The notes under the pieces were generated by a model, which worked only from the letters and a program-made list of their open reading frames with translations, ran no database searches and had not been told where the DNA came from. Shown here piece after piece: positions 46,124 through 54,141 of a stretch of 54,977 nt of DNA. The stretch is taken from the NCBI GenBank assembly GCA_023129535.1, contig JAGMBW010000071.1, positions 1 to 54,977 on the forward strand, written 5' to 3'. Both the position numbers and the translations under genes were made by a program. The first letter of the stretch is position 1. Every line of letters starts with the position of its first letter. The DNA is from Desulfobacterales bacterium (lineage in GTDB: Bacteria; Desulfobacterota; Desulfobacteria; Desulfobacterales; C00003060).

Positions 46124-47872
46124 TTACACTTTCTCCAGCAACTTCCTCAACTCACTCGTCCTTTCTTCAATGACTCCACTTTCCCCTTCAGCCAGTGCCT
46201 CTTTCAGATTCAAAATAGCCCTCTCAATCTCGCCCAAACAAGAAAGTGACTGTTTCTCCTCGTTCTCCTCGATGACTAATTCGGCTGCACGGATCATGTT
46301 GTCGGCCTGGATATTGATTTCCACCTCCTCGCGTCTCTTCATATCTTCTTCGGCATGCGCTTCGGCTTCCCTGACTGCCTGTTCTACCTGGTCATCCGAC
46401 AACAGGTGTGAGGCGTCAATCCTTATGCCGGTCTGTTCTTCGGTATGAAGATCCTGGGCGGAGACCTTTACTATTCCGTTGACATCGATCTTAAAGGTAA
46501 CCTCCACCTGTGCCTTTCCCCTGGGCAGGGGCGGAATGTCGGTCAACTGGAATTTCCCCAGGCTGATATTATCTGCTGCTGCCTCCCGCTCACCTTGAAG
46601 CACGTGGATATCCATCACGGTTTGATCGTTTTCAGCGTTGGTAAATATCTGCCCGGCGGAAGTGGGAATTGTAGAATTGCGAGGGATGATCCTTGCAAAA
46701 AGGCTGCCCTGTGTTTCAAGCCCTAATGAAAGGGGGGTTACGTCTACTAATACGACATCGTTAATCTCTCCCATCAAAACACCTGCCTGGACAGCCGCTC
46801 CAATTCCTACCACCTCATCCGGGTTGATCTTAATGTAAGGGTTTTTATGAAAGGTTTTTTCCGCCAGACGGCGAATAGACGGCATCCGGGTGGAGCCACC
46901 CACCAGCACGACCCGATCAATCCCTTCCGTAGTCAATTTGGCATCGGCTAAGGCCTGCCAGGTAGGTCCGAGAAGTTTTTCCTTCAAGTCTGCGGTTATA
47001 GCTTCGAATGTTTCCCGATCAATTGAAGCCTCCAGATTGCTGAGCTCGCCGCTGTGGGTCCCACCCGCTCGTCCACCTTTGGCGGAATAGCAGGCAGGTT
47101 TGATAAAAGGGAGGGAGATTTTAGTCCTAAGTTTGTAAGAAAGTTCCCTCTTGGCCTTTTCACTGGCCTCTTTCAGACGCTGGAGTGCCATTTTGTCCGA
47201 TTTCATGTCAAACCCATGCTCATTCATGAATTTCTCGGCCAGATAATCAACCAGCCTTTCGTCCCAGTCATCGCCGCCAAGTCTGGTATTTCCGCTCACA
47301 GCTTTAACCTGGAAGAGACCATCTCCCAGCTCCAGGATGGACACGTCAAATGTCCCTCCTCCCAGATCCCAGACAAGAATGGTCTGAATCTCTTCACGAT
47401 TGAGCCCATAGGCCAGGGAGGCCGCTGTAGGCTCGTTGATTATCCTCATCACATCAAAGCCGGCCATCATACCGGCCTCTTTGGTCGCCTGCCGCTGTCC
47501 ATCATTGAAATAGGCCGGAACCGTGATGACCGCCTTTTCCACCTGCTCTCCCAGGTACTTCTCCACGTCTGATTTTATCTTGCGCAAAATAAAGGCCGAT
47601 ATCTCCTGTGGGGAATAAGCTCTGCCATTTACCGATACTCTATAATCGGTGCCCATATGCCTCTTAATGGATACAACCGTCTTTTCCGGATTGGCTGCGG
47701 CCTGTCTTCTGGCTACCGATCCGACCAGTTTATGCCCCCGCACGGTTTCGGCAAAGACAGAAGGGGTGAGGTTCTGGCCTTCGGCGTTCTTGATCACTTT
47801 GGCCCGCCCATCTTCTATTAGGGCCGCCACTGAGTAAGTGGTTCCCAGGTCTATGCCGATTGCTTTGGTCAT
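46124..47872 (-). CDS. Hsp70/DnaK-family chaperone paralogue (582 aa)
   Basis: IGIDLGTTYSVAA, VWDLGGGTFDVSIL and LVGGSTRMP. The ATG at 47872 is preceded by GAAGGAGA. The upstream 40 codons of the called ORF are heptamer-array read-through. Confidence 0.9.
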   Translation of the reverse strand: MTKAIGIDLGTTYSVAALIEDGRAKVIKNAEGQNLTPSVFAETVRGHKLVGSVARRQAAANPEKTVVSIKRHMGTDYRVSVNGRAYSPQEISAFILRKIKSDVEKYLGEQVEKAVITVPAYFNDGQRQATKEAGMMAGFDVMRIINEPTAASLAYGLNREEIQTILVWDLGGGTFDVSILELGDGLFQVKAVSGNTRLGGDDWDERLVDYLAEKFMNEHGFDMKSDKMALQRLKEASEKAKRELSYKLRTKISLPFIKPACYSAKGGRAGGTHSGELSNLEASIDRETFEAITADLKEKLLGPTWQALADAKLTTEGIDRVVLVGGSTRMPSIRRLAEKTFHKNPYIKINPDEVVGIGAAVQAGVLMGEINDVVLVDVTPLSLGLETQGSLFARIIPRNSTIPTSAGQIFTNAENDQTVMDIHVLQGEREAAADNISLGKFQLTDIPPLPRGKAQVEVTFKIDVNGIVKVSAQDLHTEEQTGIRIDASHLLSDDQVEQAVREAEAHAEEDMKRREEVEINIQADNMIRAAELVIEENEEKQSLSCLGEIERAILNLKEALAEGESGVIEERTSELRKLLEKV

Positions 47873-47889
47873 AAGTCTCCTTCGGAGAC

Positions 47890-48000
47890 GTCCGTTGTCC
47901 GTTGTTAGTTGTCCGTTGTCGATTCTCCGGTTGCAGGTTGCAGGTTGCAGGTTGCAGGTTGCAGGTTGCAGGTTGCAAGTTGCAGGTTGCAAGTTGCAGG
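47890..48000. repeat. (GTCCGTT)n and (GGTTGCA)n heptamer arrays, left flank of four-helix-bundle gene B
   Basis: About 10 units of GGTTGCA/AGTTGCA, complementary to the units at 48403-48461. Confidence 0.85.
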
Positions 48001-48020
48001 CTGAAGGTTACGGGTTGCGA

Positions 48021-48386
48021 CTACTTCCATTCTTTTGCGACATACTCGATGAATTTGTTAATCTTCTTGCCCAGTTTGTAATACTCATTCAGGAGAAACG
48101 ATAGTTCTGTTTCATCAACTTCATGGGTATCTTTGATGAAATTCAGATGCAGAGTTGTTTCATCGCACGATGCGTGAGCATAGATCAGGAACTTAATAAA
48201 GTCGGCTTTATATCTTCTCCGCCCATAGCCTTCTACAATTGAGGACGTAATTCCTTTCGAGGAGCGTCTTATTTGGCTTCCCTCTTCATAAAGTTCATAT
48301 TTTGGCAAGGTTAATGACATCCTATGTATTCTGACTGCCAGATCATAAGAGAGAGTGTAGATTTCCAAATCCCTGTAGCTCTTCAC
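48021..48386 (-). CDS. Four-helix-bundle protein (23S IVS protein / Avd-like), copy B
   Basis: A GTG start at 48386 follows AAGGAG. KSYRDLEIYTLSYDLAVRIHRMSLTLPKYELYEEGSQIRRSSKG closely matches copy A. Confidence 0.8.
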   Translation of the reverse strand: MKSYRDLEIYTLSYDLAVRIHRMSLTLPKYELYEEGSQIRRSSKGITSSIVEGYGRRRYKADFIKFLIYAHASCDETTLHLNFIKDTHEVDETELSFLLNEYYKLGKKINKFIEYVAKEWK

Positions 48387-48402
48387 TATATCAACTCCTT
48401 GA

Positions 48403-48502
48403 CCTGCAACTCGCAACTCGCAACCCGCAACCTGCAACCTGCAACTTGCAACTTGCAACTTACCCACTACCCACTGACCACTGACAACGGACCACTGATC
48501 AC
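48403..48502. repeat. (CTGCAAC/TCGCAAC/TTGCAAC)n then (CCACTGA)-type arrays, right flank of gene B
   Basis: The reverse complement of the units equals the GTTGCAG units on the left flank. Confidence 0.85.
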
Positions 48503-49579
48503 TTTCTTCCTCGCACTCACCCACCCACATCCGGAGCATCCTTGCTCTAACAATTCCTTTATGGAAGCCGTTCTTCCGCACTGGGGGCAGGTCTCAGTTT
48601 CTTGCTCTGTCTGGGATTCTACCCGCCCGCTTATGATTCTCTTGAGTATTTTGTTCCATTCCTCCAGGGCATCACCCGAAAAGGTGGCCACTCTTCTTGT
48701 GCCGTTAGCGGCATAGAGGAGATCCAGGACCTTCTCTTTCTTCAGAATATTAGTGAGGTCTCTTGTTTCCATCATCGAACCTATTATTCCACTTACAGGA
48801 ATCTCTATGACTATCCTTCGTTCAAAGTTATACCACCAACACACTCTTTTATCAGTAAGATACAAGTAACCGGGCCTCCAGGTGTCCTCTATAATGCCCT
48901 CTGCATCCATCAGATACCACATCTTCCCACTGCAAATAAGCTGCTCTCCCTGGGCTAAGAACTCTGCCGCCCTTTCTTCAAGAACTGGAATCTCTGGATC
49001 TTTTTTCAGGACAAGCCCCAGCTCTTTCATCCTTTTCTCTATGGTCTCTTTCAGTTGATCTATATCTAGACCACTCAGTCTTGCTATCTTGCTCCCTTCC
49101 AGAAGCAGATATAACTCTTCCCTCTCTTTTTTTTCGGTGAAATGCTCCCCTTTCCTGATCAGCAGACTCTGTATCTTCATCAGGGGAGTCTCGAATAAGA
49201 CTTCCCCAAAATCTTCATGATAGAGGAGCAACCTCTCGCTGGTCAGGTAAAGGTAGCCATATCTCCAGGCTGTATATATCCCTTCACTTGAGTAGTATGC
49301 CCCTAACATCTTGAGGATGACCTCTTCTCCCTGCACCATGCAGCTTTTTTTCTTGCTTCTGTGCTCCTGCTCCCAGTCCCGGATACGTTCATCCCACGCC
49401 TGCATCATCCCGTATTTCAGCATGGTATCCATACCGGCCAGGGCTGCCCTCAGATTAACCCCGATTAAAGGAATGCCCGCAACCGATACGATCAGGTCGG
49501 CATGGATCACCAGGCCCTTGTCCAGCACCCGATCAAGAAGATCGACTAGAGTTGCGTTGGTGTTACGTTGAGGATCCAT
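48467..49579 (-). CDS. GvpA/GvpJ-domain protein fused to two PH/GRAM-like domains and a C-terminal zinc ribbon
   Basis: LVDLLDRVLDKGLVIHADLIVSVAGIPLIGVNLRAALAGMDTMLKYG is a GvpA core. There are two GYLYLT(S/D)(E/K)R modules, and CPQCGR...GCSGCGW. The ATG at 49579 begins MDPQRN. Confidence 0.85.
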   Translation of the reverse strand: MDPQRNTNATLVDLLDRVLDKGLVIHADLIVSVAGIPLIGVNLRAALAGMDTMLKYGMMQAWDERIRDWEQEHRSKKKSCMVQGEEVILKMLGAYYSSEGIYTAWRYGYLYLTSERLLLYHEDFGEVLFETPLMKIQSLLIRKGEHFTEKKEREELYLLLEGSKIARLSGLDIDQLKETIEKRMKELGLVLKKDPEIPVLEERAAEFLAQGEQLICSGKMWYLMDAEGIIEDTWRPGYLYLTDKRVCWWYNFERRIVIEIPVSGIIGSMMETRDLTNILKKEKVLDLLYAANGTRRVATFSGDALEEWNKILKRIISGRVESQTEQETETCPQCGRTASIKELLEQGCSGCGWVSARKKVISGPLSVVSG

Positions 49580-49584
49580 AAGAT

Positions 49585-49720
49585 TGTCCGAAGTCCAACG
49601 TCCAAAGTCCAAGGTCCTAAAGAAGTCCAACGTCCGAAGTCCAATGTCCAACGTCGGATGTCATTCAGACCTTGGACATCGGACATTGGACTTGTGATAT
49701 TGGACATTGGACATATTAAA
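49585..49720. repeat. (GTCCAAN)n followed by (TTGGACA)n arrays, left flank of four-helix-bundle gene C
   Basis: Complementary to the (TTGGACN)n array at about 50104-50148. Confidence 0.8.
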
Positions 49721-49721
49721 A

Positions 49722-50087
49722 TCACTTATCACCCTTCAAATAACGGATAAATCCACTAATTAGCTTCTTGACTACTACGGCCTTTTCATAAACTTCATTA
49801 AATTGTTCCTTTGAAATGTACTCTTGATCAAGAGCAACATAAGAGTGAGATTGAACTTCGGATGCAGACCGGCGGGAATAGATTAGGAACCGGATGAACT
49901 CTGCATCGGACTGAGAATCAAATCCTTCTGCTATGTTTGACATTACCGAAATTGAGGCACCTTCCATCTGATCTCTTAACCTATAGCTTTTGATAAGATT
50001 GCCAACTGAAGTGATTCCAAAAACCATTTTTGTTAGGATTCTACCTTCTTGCCAAGCCTTAATATCTTCAAAGCGCTCGATCTTCAT
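49722..50087 (-). CDS. Four-helix-bundle protein (23S IVS protein / Avd-like), copy C (divergent)
   Basis: FEDIKAWQEGRILTKMVF...SNIAEGFDSQSDAEFIRFLIYSRRSASEVQSH. Confidence 0.8.
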   Translation of the reverse strand: MKIERFEDIKAWQEGRILTKMVFGITSVGNLIKSYRLRDQMEGASISVMSNIAEGFDSQSDAEFIRFLIYSRRSASEVQSHSYVALDQEYISKEQFNEVYEKAVVVKKLISGFIRYLKGDK

Positions 50088-50151
50088 TACAAATCACCTC
50101 CAACTTTGGACATTGGACTCTGGACTTTGGACATCGGACATTGGACATTCT

Positions 50152-51252
50152 TCAAACAAATGAGTATGGTGCCCAAGGCCCGGTATATCGAACGGAAAAA
50201 CCCTCCAGGGCATCGATCTTTTCCACCTCATCTCCCAGCCCTTTACTCCCGTCCCCAGGAAGCAAACAGGATAGATTCATGAGCATCTGTTTGTTTTCGT
50301 CCTCTGTTTTTTTTGTCTTTTCTACACGGAGGTCATTCACGTGGGGTTTGATTCTCTCATAGAATTCCTTAAAGTATCGGTCTGCCTGCTTTTCCATCTC
50401 CTTTTTCAAAAGGTCTTCCAGTTTCTGCCTGTACATGTAGGCCAGGCCTCTCGGTTTGGACTTTATTTCTTCGTCCAACTTCTTTATTTCAACACTTTCT
50501 TCGGTAATCTTTTGAGCCATAACTTTAGAATCCCAAAATACCTGCACCCCGTATTCTGCCCTGCCTCTGACCTTTTCCATCTTCGCTTTCAGGTTTTCGT
50601 AATCCTCCTTTAACCAATTCCTCATATTCTCTTCCGGGTCAGAAGCCTCATTCCCTCGAATGATGGTGTCAAACCCCATAGGAAGCACGGTACCATATCT
50701 TTCCCAGGCCGCATCGACCACTTTTTGATGGGCCACTATCCAGCCTTTCACAACCTCTTGATCTTCTGATTGGTATGGCTCAGCAGGACAATTATGGACT
50801 ACGGCACAGAGATCTTTGTAAGGAATGCTATAGACCTCGTTGCCTTCTATGCCGATCCTGCCAAGATTTACGCTCTCGCTGCCTTCGACAATGCAGTAAA
50901 GGTATCTTCCGCTCATTAGTCCAATGTCCAATGTCAGAGGTCCAATGTCAGAAGACTGAGGTCCAGGGTCTGAGCTATGAGGTCCGACGTCCGATGTTCG
51001 GTGTCCGATGTCCGGTTTCCTACGACTTTGGACTTTGGACTTTGGACATTGGACGTTTTGAAATGCAACATCCATAGACAACGCCCCTTCCTCTTCCACC
51101 ATTTCTTCCAGAACCCCGGTAATGGAGTCCCGAATGGCCGTCCTGAGTTCTGGCAGAAGAGAAGTGCTTACTATTTCTCTTATCGTATCTTCATTCTCGG
51201 CAAGAATATCCCTTATCTCTTGCTTCACCATCTTTTTAATTGTCTCTTTCAT
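50152..51252 (-). CDS. gvpF: GvpL/GvpF family protein, core from the ATG at 50916; possibly carrying a repeat-linked N-terminal helical extension from 51252
   Basis: The core MSGRYLYCIVEG...YKDLCAVVH...WIVAHQKVV...VLPMGFDTI...RYTGPWAPYSF is a typical GvpF/L. There is no stop between 51252 and 50916, a segment encoded by the heptamer array, and no Shine-Dalgarno site before 50916. Confidence 0.8.
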   Translation of the reverse strand: MKETIKKMVKQEIRDILAENEDTIREIVSTSLLPELRTAIRDSITGVLEEMVEEEGALSMDVAFQNVQCPKSKVQSRRKPDIGHRTSDVGPHSSDPGPQSSDIGPLTLDIGLMSGRYLYCIVEGSESVNLGRIGIEGNEVYSIPYKDLCAVVHNCPAEPYQSEDQEVVKGWIVAHQKVVDAAWERYGTVLPMGFDTIIRGNEASDPEENMRNWLKEDYENLKAKMEKVRGRAEYGVQVFWDSKVMAQKITEESVEIKKLDEEIKSKPRGLAYMYRQKLEDLLKKEMEKQADRYFKEFYERIKPHVNDLRVEKTKKTEDENKQMLMNLSCLLPGDGSKGLGDEVEKIDALEGFSVRYTGPWAPYSFV

Positions 51253-51337
51253 GCTCTGCGCCTGAAGTCCAATGTCCGACGTCCAATGTCCGAAGTCCAA
51301 TGTCCAAGGTCGAAGGTCCGAGATCAAGGGCGATGAC

Positions 51338-51679
51338 TTACGACATTGGACCTTGGACATTGGACCTTGAACTGTTAGTTCCTTCCCACCTCTCCGGATT
51401 GATCATCTTATCTAATAGTTCATCCACAATATTATCCAGGCCGTCTCTTACCGATTTGACCGACTCGCTGATTCCCTGCTCCTTTTTCATCTCGTCGATT
51501 GCTGTGTCGAGATCCATCAATGCCTGTCCTAACCTCTCGGTCTCTTCTTCGGTGAGGCTTCCCCCTTCCATCCTTTTCAATGCCTGAAGTCTGAGGGCAT
51601 CCTTGATGATCTCGACCAGGGCGACGACTAACCCCATGACTCCGTGTTTGAGATTTTTCTCGTCAATGTCTATGGGCAT
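51338..51679 (-). CDS. gvpK: Gas vesicle protein GvpK
   Basis: GLVVALVEIIKDALRLQALKRMEGGSLTEEETERLGQALMDLD matches the GvpK signature. Confidence 0.8.
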   Translation of the reverse strand: MPIDIDEKNLKHGVMGLVVALVEIIKDALRLQALKRMEGGSLTEEETERLGQALMDLDTAIDEMKKEQGISESVKSVRDGLDNIVDELLDKMINPERWEGTNSSRSNVQGPMS

Positions 51680-51860
51680 AATCAGTGGTCAGTGGTCAGT
51701 TGTCAGTTGTTATTGGTCACATGTTGCATGTGGCATGTTGCAGGTTGCAGGTTACAGGTTGTGCACTCCCTCTCCCGTGACAGGATTTACGAAATCACCT
51801 CAGACGTCCGACTTCTGACCTCCGACCTCCGACCTCCGACTTCTGACTTTGGACCTTGAC
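51680..51860. repeat. Mixed heptamer arrays (CAGTGGT, GTTGCAG, CTCCGAC families)
   Basis: Read directly from the sequence. Partly complementary to the arrays at 52143-52365, so the two sets bracket the plus-strand small gene. Confidence 0.8.
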
Positions 51861-51911
51861 ATCGATTTCTTGAAATGCTATTATGAACATAAATTAGAGG
51901 AGGCCGGGAAA

Positions 51912-52142
51912 ATGGATGATATCAGCAAAACCGTAGGTGGTTTCCGAGCCGCTATCCAGGACCTTTTGGTCCCTGAGCTTAAAGCTATACAAAGAGAATT
52001 AAGACACCAGAGCGAGATATTGGGCAGGCAGCATATTAAACAAGAAGTGAGCCAATATACTTCCAAGACCAATGCCCTGGAAAAGCGCGTGGATGATCTC
52101 TGGGCATTGCTTAAAAGCTCTCGCTTTTTCCCTTCCACGTAA
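51912..52142 (+). CDS. Small coiled-coil protein, paralogue of 34218-34517
   Basis: AGGAGG Shine-Dalgarno site. MDDISKTVGGFRAAIQDLLVPELKAIQ is near-identical to the paralogue at both nucleotide and protein level. It is the only plus-strand gene inside the island. Confidence 0.65.
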   Translation: MDDISKTVGGFRAAIQDLLVPELKAIQRELRHQSEILGRQHIKQEVSQYTSKTNALEKRVDDLWALLKSSRFFPST

Positions 52143-52365
52143 GCATCTCCCCTTCTTTTTTTTTGTCCAAAGTCCGAGGTCCAAAGTCCAAAGTCGTATA
52201 TTGCTCTGACAAACGACAAATGACATTGGACATTGGACAGTAAGCTGTATCGTGCGTGTATCGTGTATCCAGCATCCTATATCGTGCAATGAGCAACAAG
52301 CAACGAGCAACCTGTAACGAGCAACGTGCAACGTGCAACCAGGAACGAGCAACCAGCAACTCCCT
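52143..52365. repeat. Mixed heptamer arrays (GTCCAAA, TTGGACA, GTATCGT, AACGAGC families)
   Basis: Read directly from the sequence. Confidence 0.8.
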
Positions 52366-52725
52366 CTACGGACTGATCTTTTGGGCCAGTGCCTTCGCCT
52401 TGGCACTGATCCAGCCGCACCAGGGGCAGCCGGTCGTTATAAGTTCCTCAATAGGAACCCTCTTTTCGCATTGAGGGCAATTTTCCCTGGCTATGAGTGC
52501 CTCTGTCCAGGCGGGGGTCTCCAAATTGGTTCCTGAAGGAAATTCCAAACCATACTTGGCTGCCGTCTCAAAGGATGCCAGGGCGGCCCTAATCTTGATC
52601 CCAAGCAGTTCAACGCCTGCCACAGATACGGTAATGTCTGCGTTAATGACCAATCCCTTATCCAGGATTTTGTCTATTACGTCAGCTAAACCGCCGCCAC
52701 CATTTCGAGATGGTTCTATAGCCAT
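52366..52725 (-). CDS. GvpA/GvpJ-family gas vesicle structural protein with a C-terminal zinc ribbon
   Basis: LADVIDKILDKGLVINADITVSVAGVELLGIKIRAALASFETAAKYGL is very close to the canonical GvpA core. The C-terminus has CPQCEK...GCPWCGW. Confidence 0.88.
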   Translation of the reverse strand: MAIEPSRNGGGGLADVIDKILDKGLVINADITVSVAGVELLGIKIRAALASFETAAKYGLEFPSGTNLETPAWTEALIARENCPQCEKRVPIEELITTGCPWCGWISAKAKALAQKISP

Positions 52726-52927
52726 TTCTGGTCTCCTTTAAAATTCCAAGTAGTGTCAGTCGATCGTTGTCAGTTGTCCGTTGAACGGAATGCAAAACAA
52801 AATCATTTCAAACACATGTCCCCACTATATTGGCAGTTTTGGCGTTTCATCCAAATGTCCAAAAATACAAGCACAACTGACTACCGACAACTGACCACAG
52901 ACACTACCGAATTTTTGGGACGTTAAA

Positions 52928-53368
52928 TTACTTCCGAGCGACTCTGGTAACCCCTTTTCCTCCGCAGGTAACGCAAGGCAGGGTAGAGTTGATTCGAGCT
53001 TTTCCAGTACCACCACAATCCTTGCAAATCTCTCTGGATTCCGATACCGTAACCCTGCCTTTTCCTCCACATACGCTGCACGGGAGCCAATCCTGACCGT
53101 AATGCTGGCCTGTTCCCTCACAATAGGCGCATTCTATGGAAGGCTCTTTGACGGTGACGAAACCCTTTCCACCACATGTAGTACATGTAATCCTCTGGCC
53201 AGGATATTTACCGGTTCCTTCACAGAAGGCACACTCGAATACGGGCTCAAAAACCTTTATTTTCCCCCTGCCACTACACACCTGGCATTTAGACAATGTA
53301 GACAGAATCCCGAAAGGATCCAATCCCTCGCCATCACAGTACGCACACTTGTTTTCGATAAGCATCAC
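52928..53368 (-). CDS. DnaJ-type zinc-finger repeat protein (8 x CxxCxGxG) without a J domain
   Basis: The eight motifs are CAYCDGEG, CQVCSGRG, CAFCEGTG, CTTCGGKG, CAYCEGTG, CSVCGGKG, CKDCGGTG and CVTCGGKG. No HPD motif. Confidence 0.8.
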   Translation of the reverse strand: MMLIENKCAYCDGEGLDPFGILSTLSKCQVCSGRGKIKVFEPVFECAFCEGTGKYPGQRITCTTCGGKGFVTVKEPSIECAYCEGTGQHYGQDWLPCSVCGGKGRVTVSESREICKDCGGTGKARINSTLPCVTCGGKGVTRVARK

Positions 53369-54120
53369 TATCTCCTTTCTGTTGAGTCCCTCGCCACCTG
53401 GATATTGTAGAAATCTCCCTTTCTTTCATAGGTTATTAACGAATTGTTTTTCAATTCATCAAGACTCTGTGCCAATTTGTCTCTGGCATCGATAATTCTT
53501 GTCTCAGAAATTTGAGAAAACTTTAGAAGATCGCTTTCCCTGACTCGAAACGGCTTCTGTTTCCCTCGATCCACAACAGAAGAATAAATCTGAAATGCAG
53601 AAGGGGAAAGGTTATCCCGGGTCCGGAAAAACAATTTGTCCATCTTTTCTTGCAGGCCCAGATTGGAGTTGATATATTTTATAATGGCAAGGTACTTCGG
53701 GATTTTTTCTTCGACTTCAATTTCGTTAGCAATCTCGTCGTATTTGAGCTTAAAGGTCTTTTGTAATTTTACCCTATCTCCATCATGTAGAAGAGTAGTC
53801 TCAATATCTTTCATTTTTCCTTTAAGACTCTCTATCGTCATAAAAATGCTATTAAGATCCTGCATCTTTGGTTTCAGTTTCTCAACAAACTGATTTATTC
53901 CTCGACTAAATTCGTTCTCCTTTTCCTTTACTTCTCTGAAAAGAGGAGCAATTTCAGTGTCGATGATGTCCAGTTTTGCCTGCCATTCTGCTTGTTTGAG
54001 GGCCTCAGTCAGATCTTCCAACTCCTGTTTGCTTGCTTCTTTTGTCGTTTCAAGTTTGGAAATTTCCTCTCTTTTTGCCTCGACCTGGTCTTTCAATTGT
54101 TCTATCTTTTTGTTCTCCAT
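53368..54120 (-). CDS. Coiled-coil protein with a possible C-terminal winged-helix
   Basis: 250-aa K/E-rich heptad-like sequence. The stop and start are coupled to the downstream zinc-finger gene. Confidence 0.6.
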   Translation of the reverse strand: MENKKIEQLKDQVEAKREEISKLETTKEASKQELEDLTEALKQAEWQAKLDIIDTEIAPLFREVKEKENEFSRGINQFVEKLKPKMQDLNSIFMTIESLKGKMKDIETTLLHDGDRVKLQKTFKLKYDEIANEIEVEEKIPKYLAIIKYINSNLGLQEKMDKLFFRTRDNLSPSAFQIYSSVVDRGKQKPFRVRESDLLKFSQISETRIIDARDKLAQSLDELKNNSLITYERKGDFYNIQVARDSTERR

Positions 54121-54141
54121 TTCCTTCCTCCTTCTCCAATA

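Noticed and set aside
47873-47992. N-terminal extension of the Hsp70 ORF (MQPATCNLQPATCN...), and similar extensions at 48387-48581, 49580-49651, 51253-51360 and 3463-3606.
   Set aside because: The extensions are read-through of repeat arrays. Canonical N-termini with good Shine-Dalgarno sites lie downstream.
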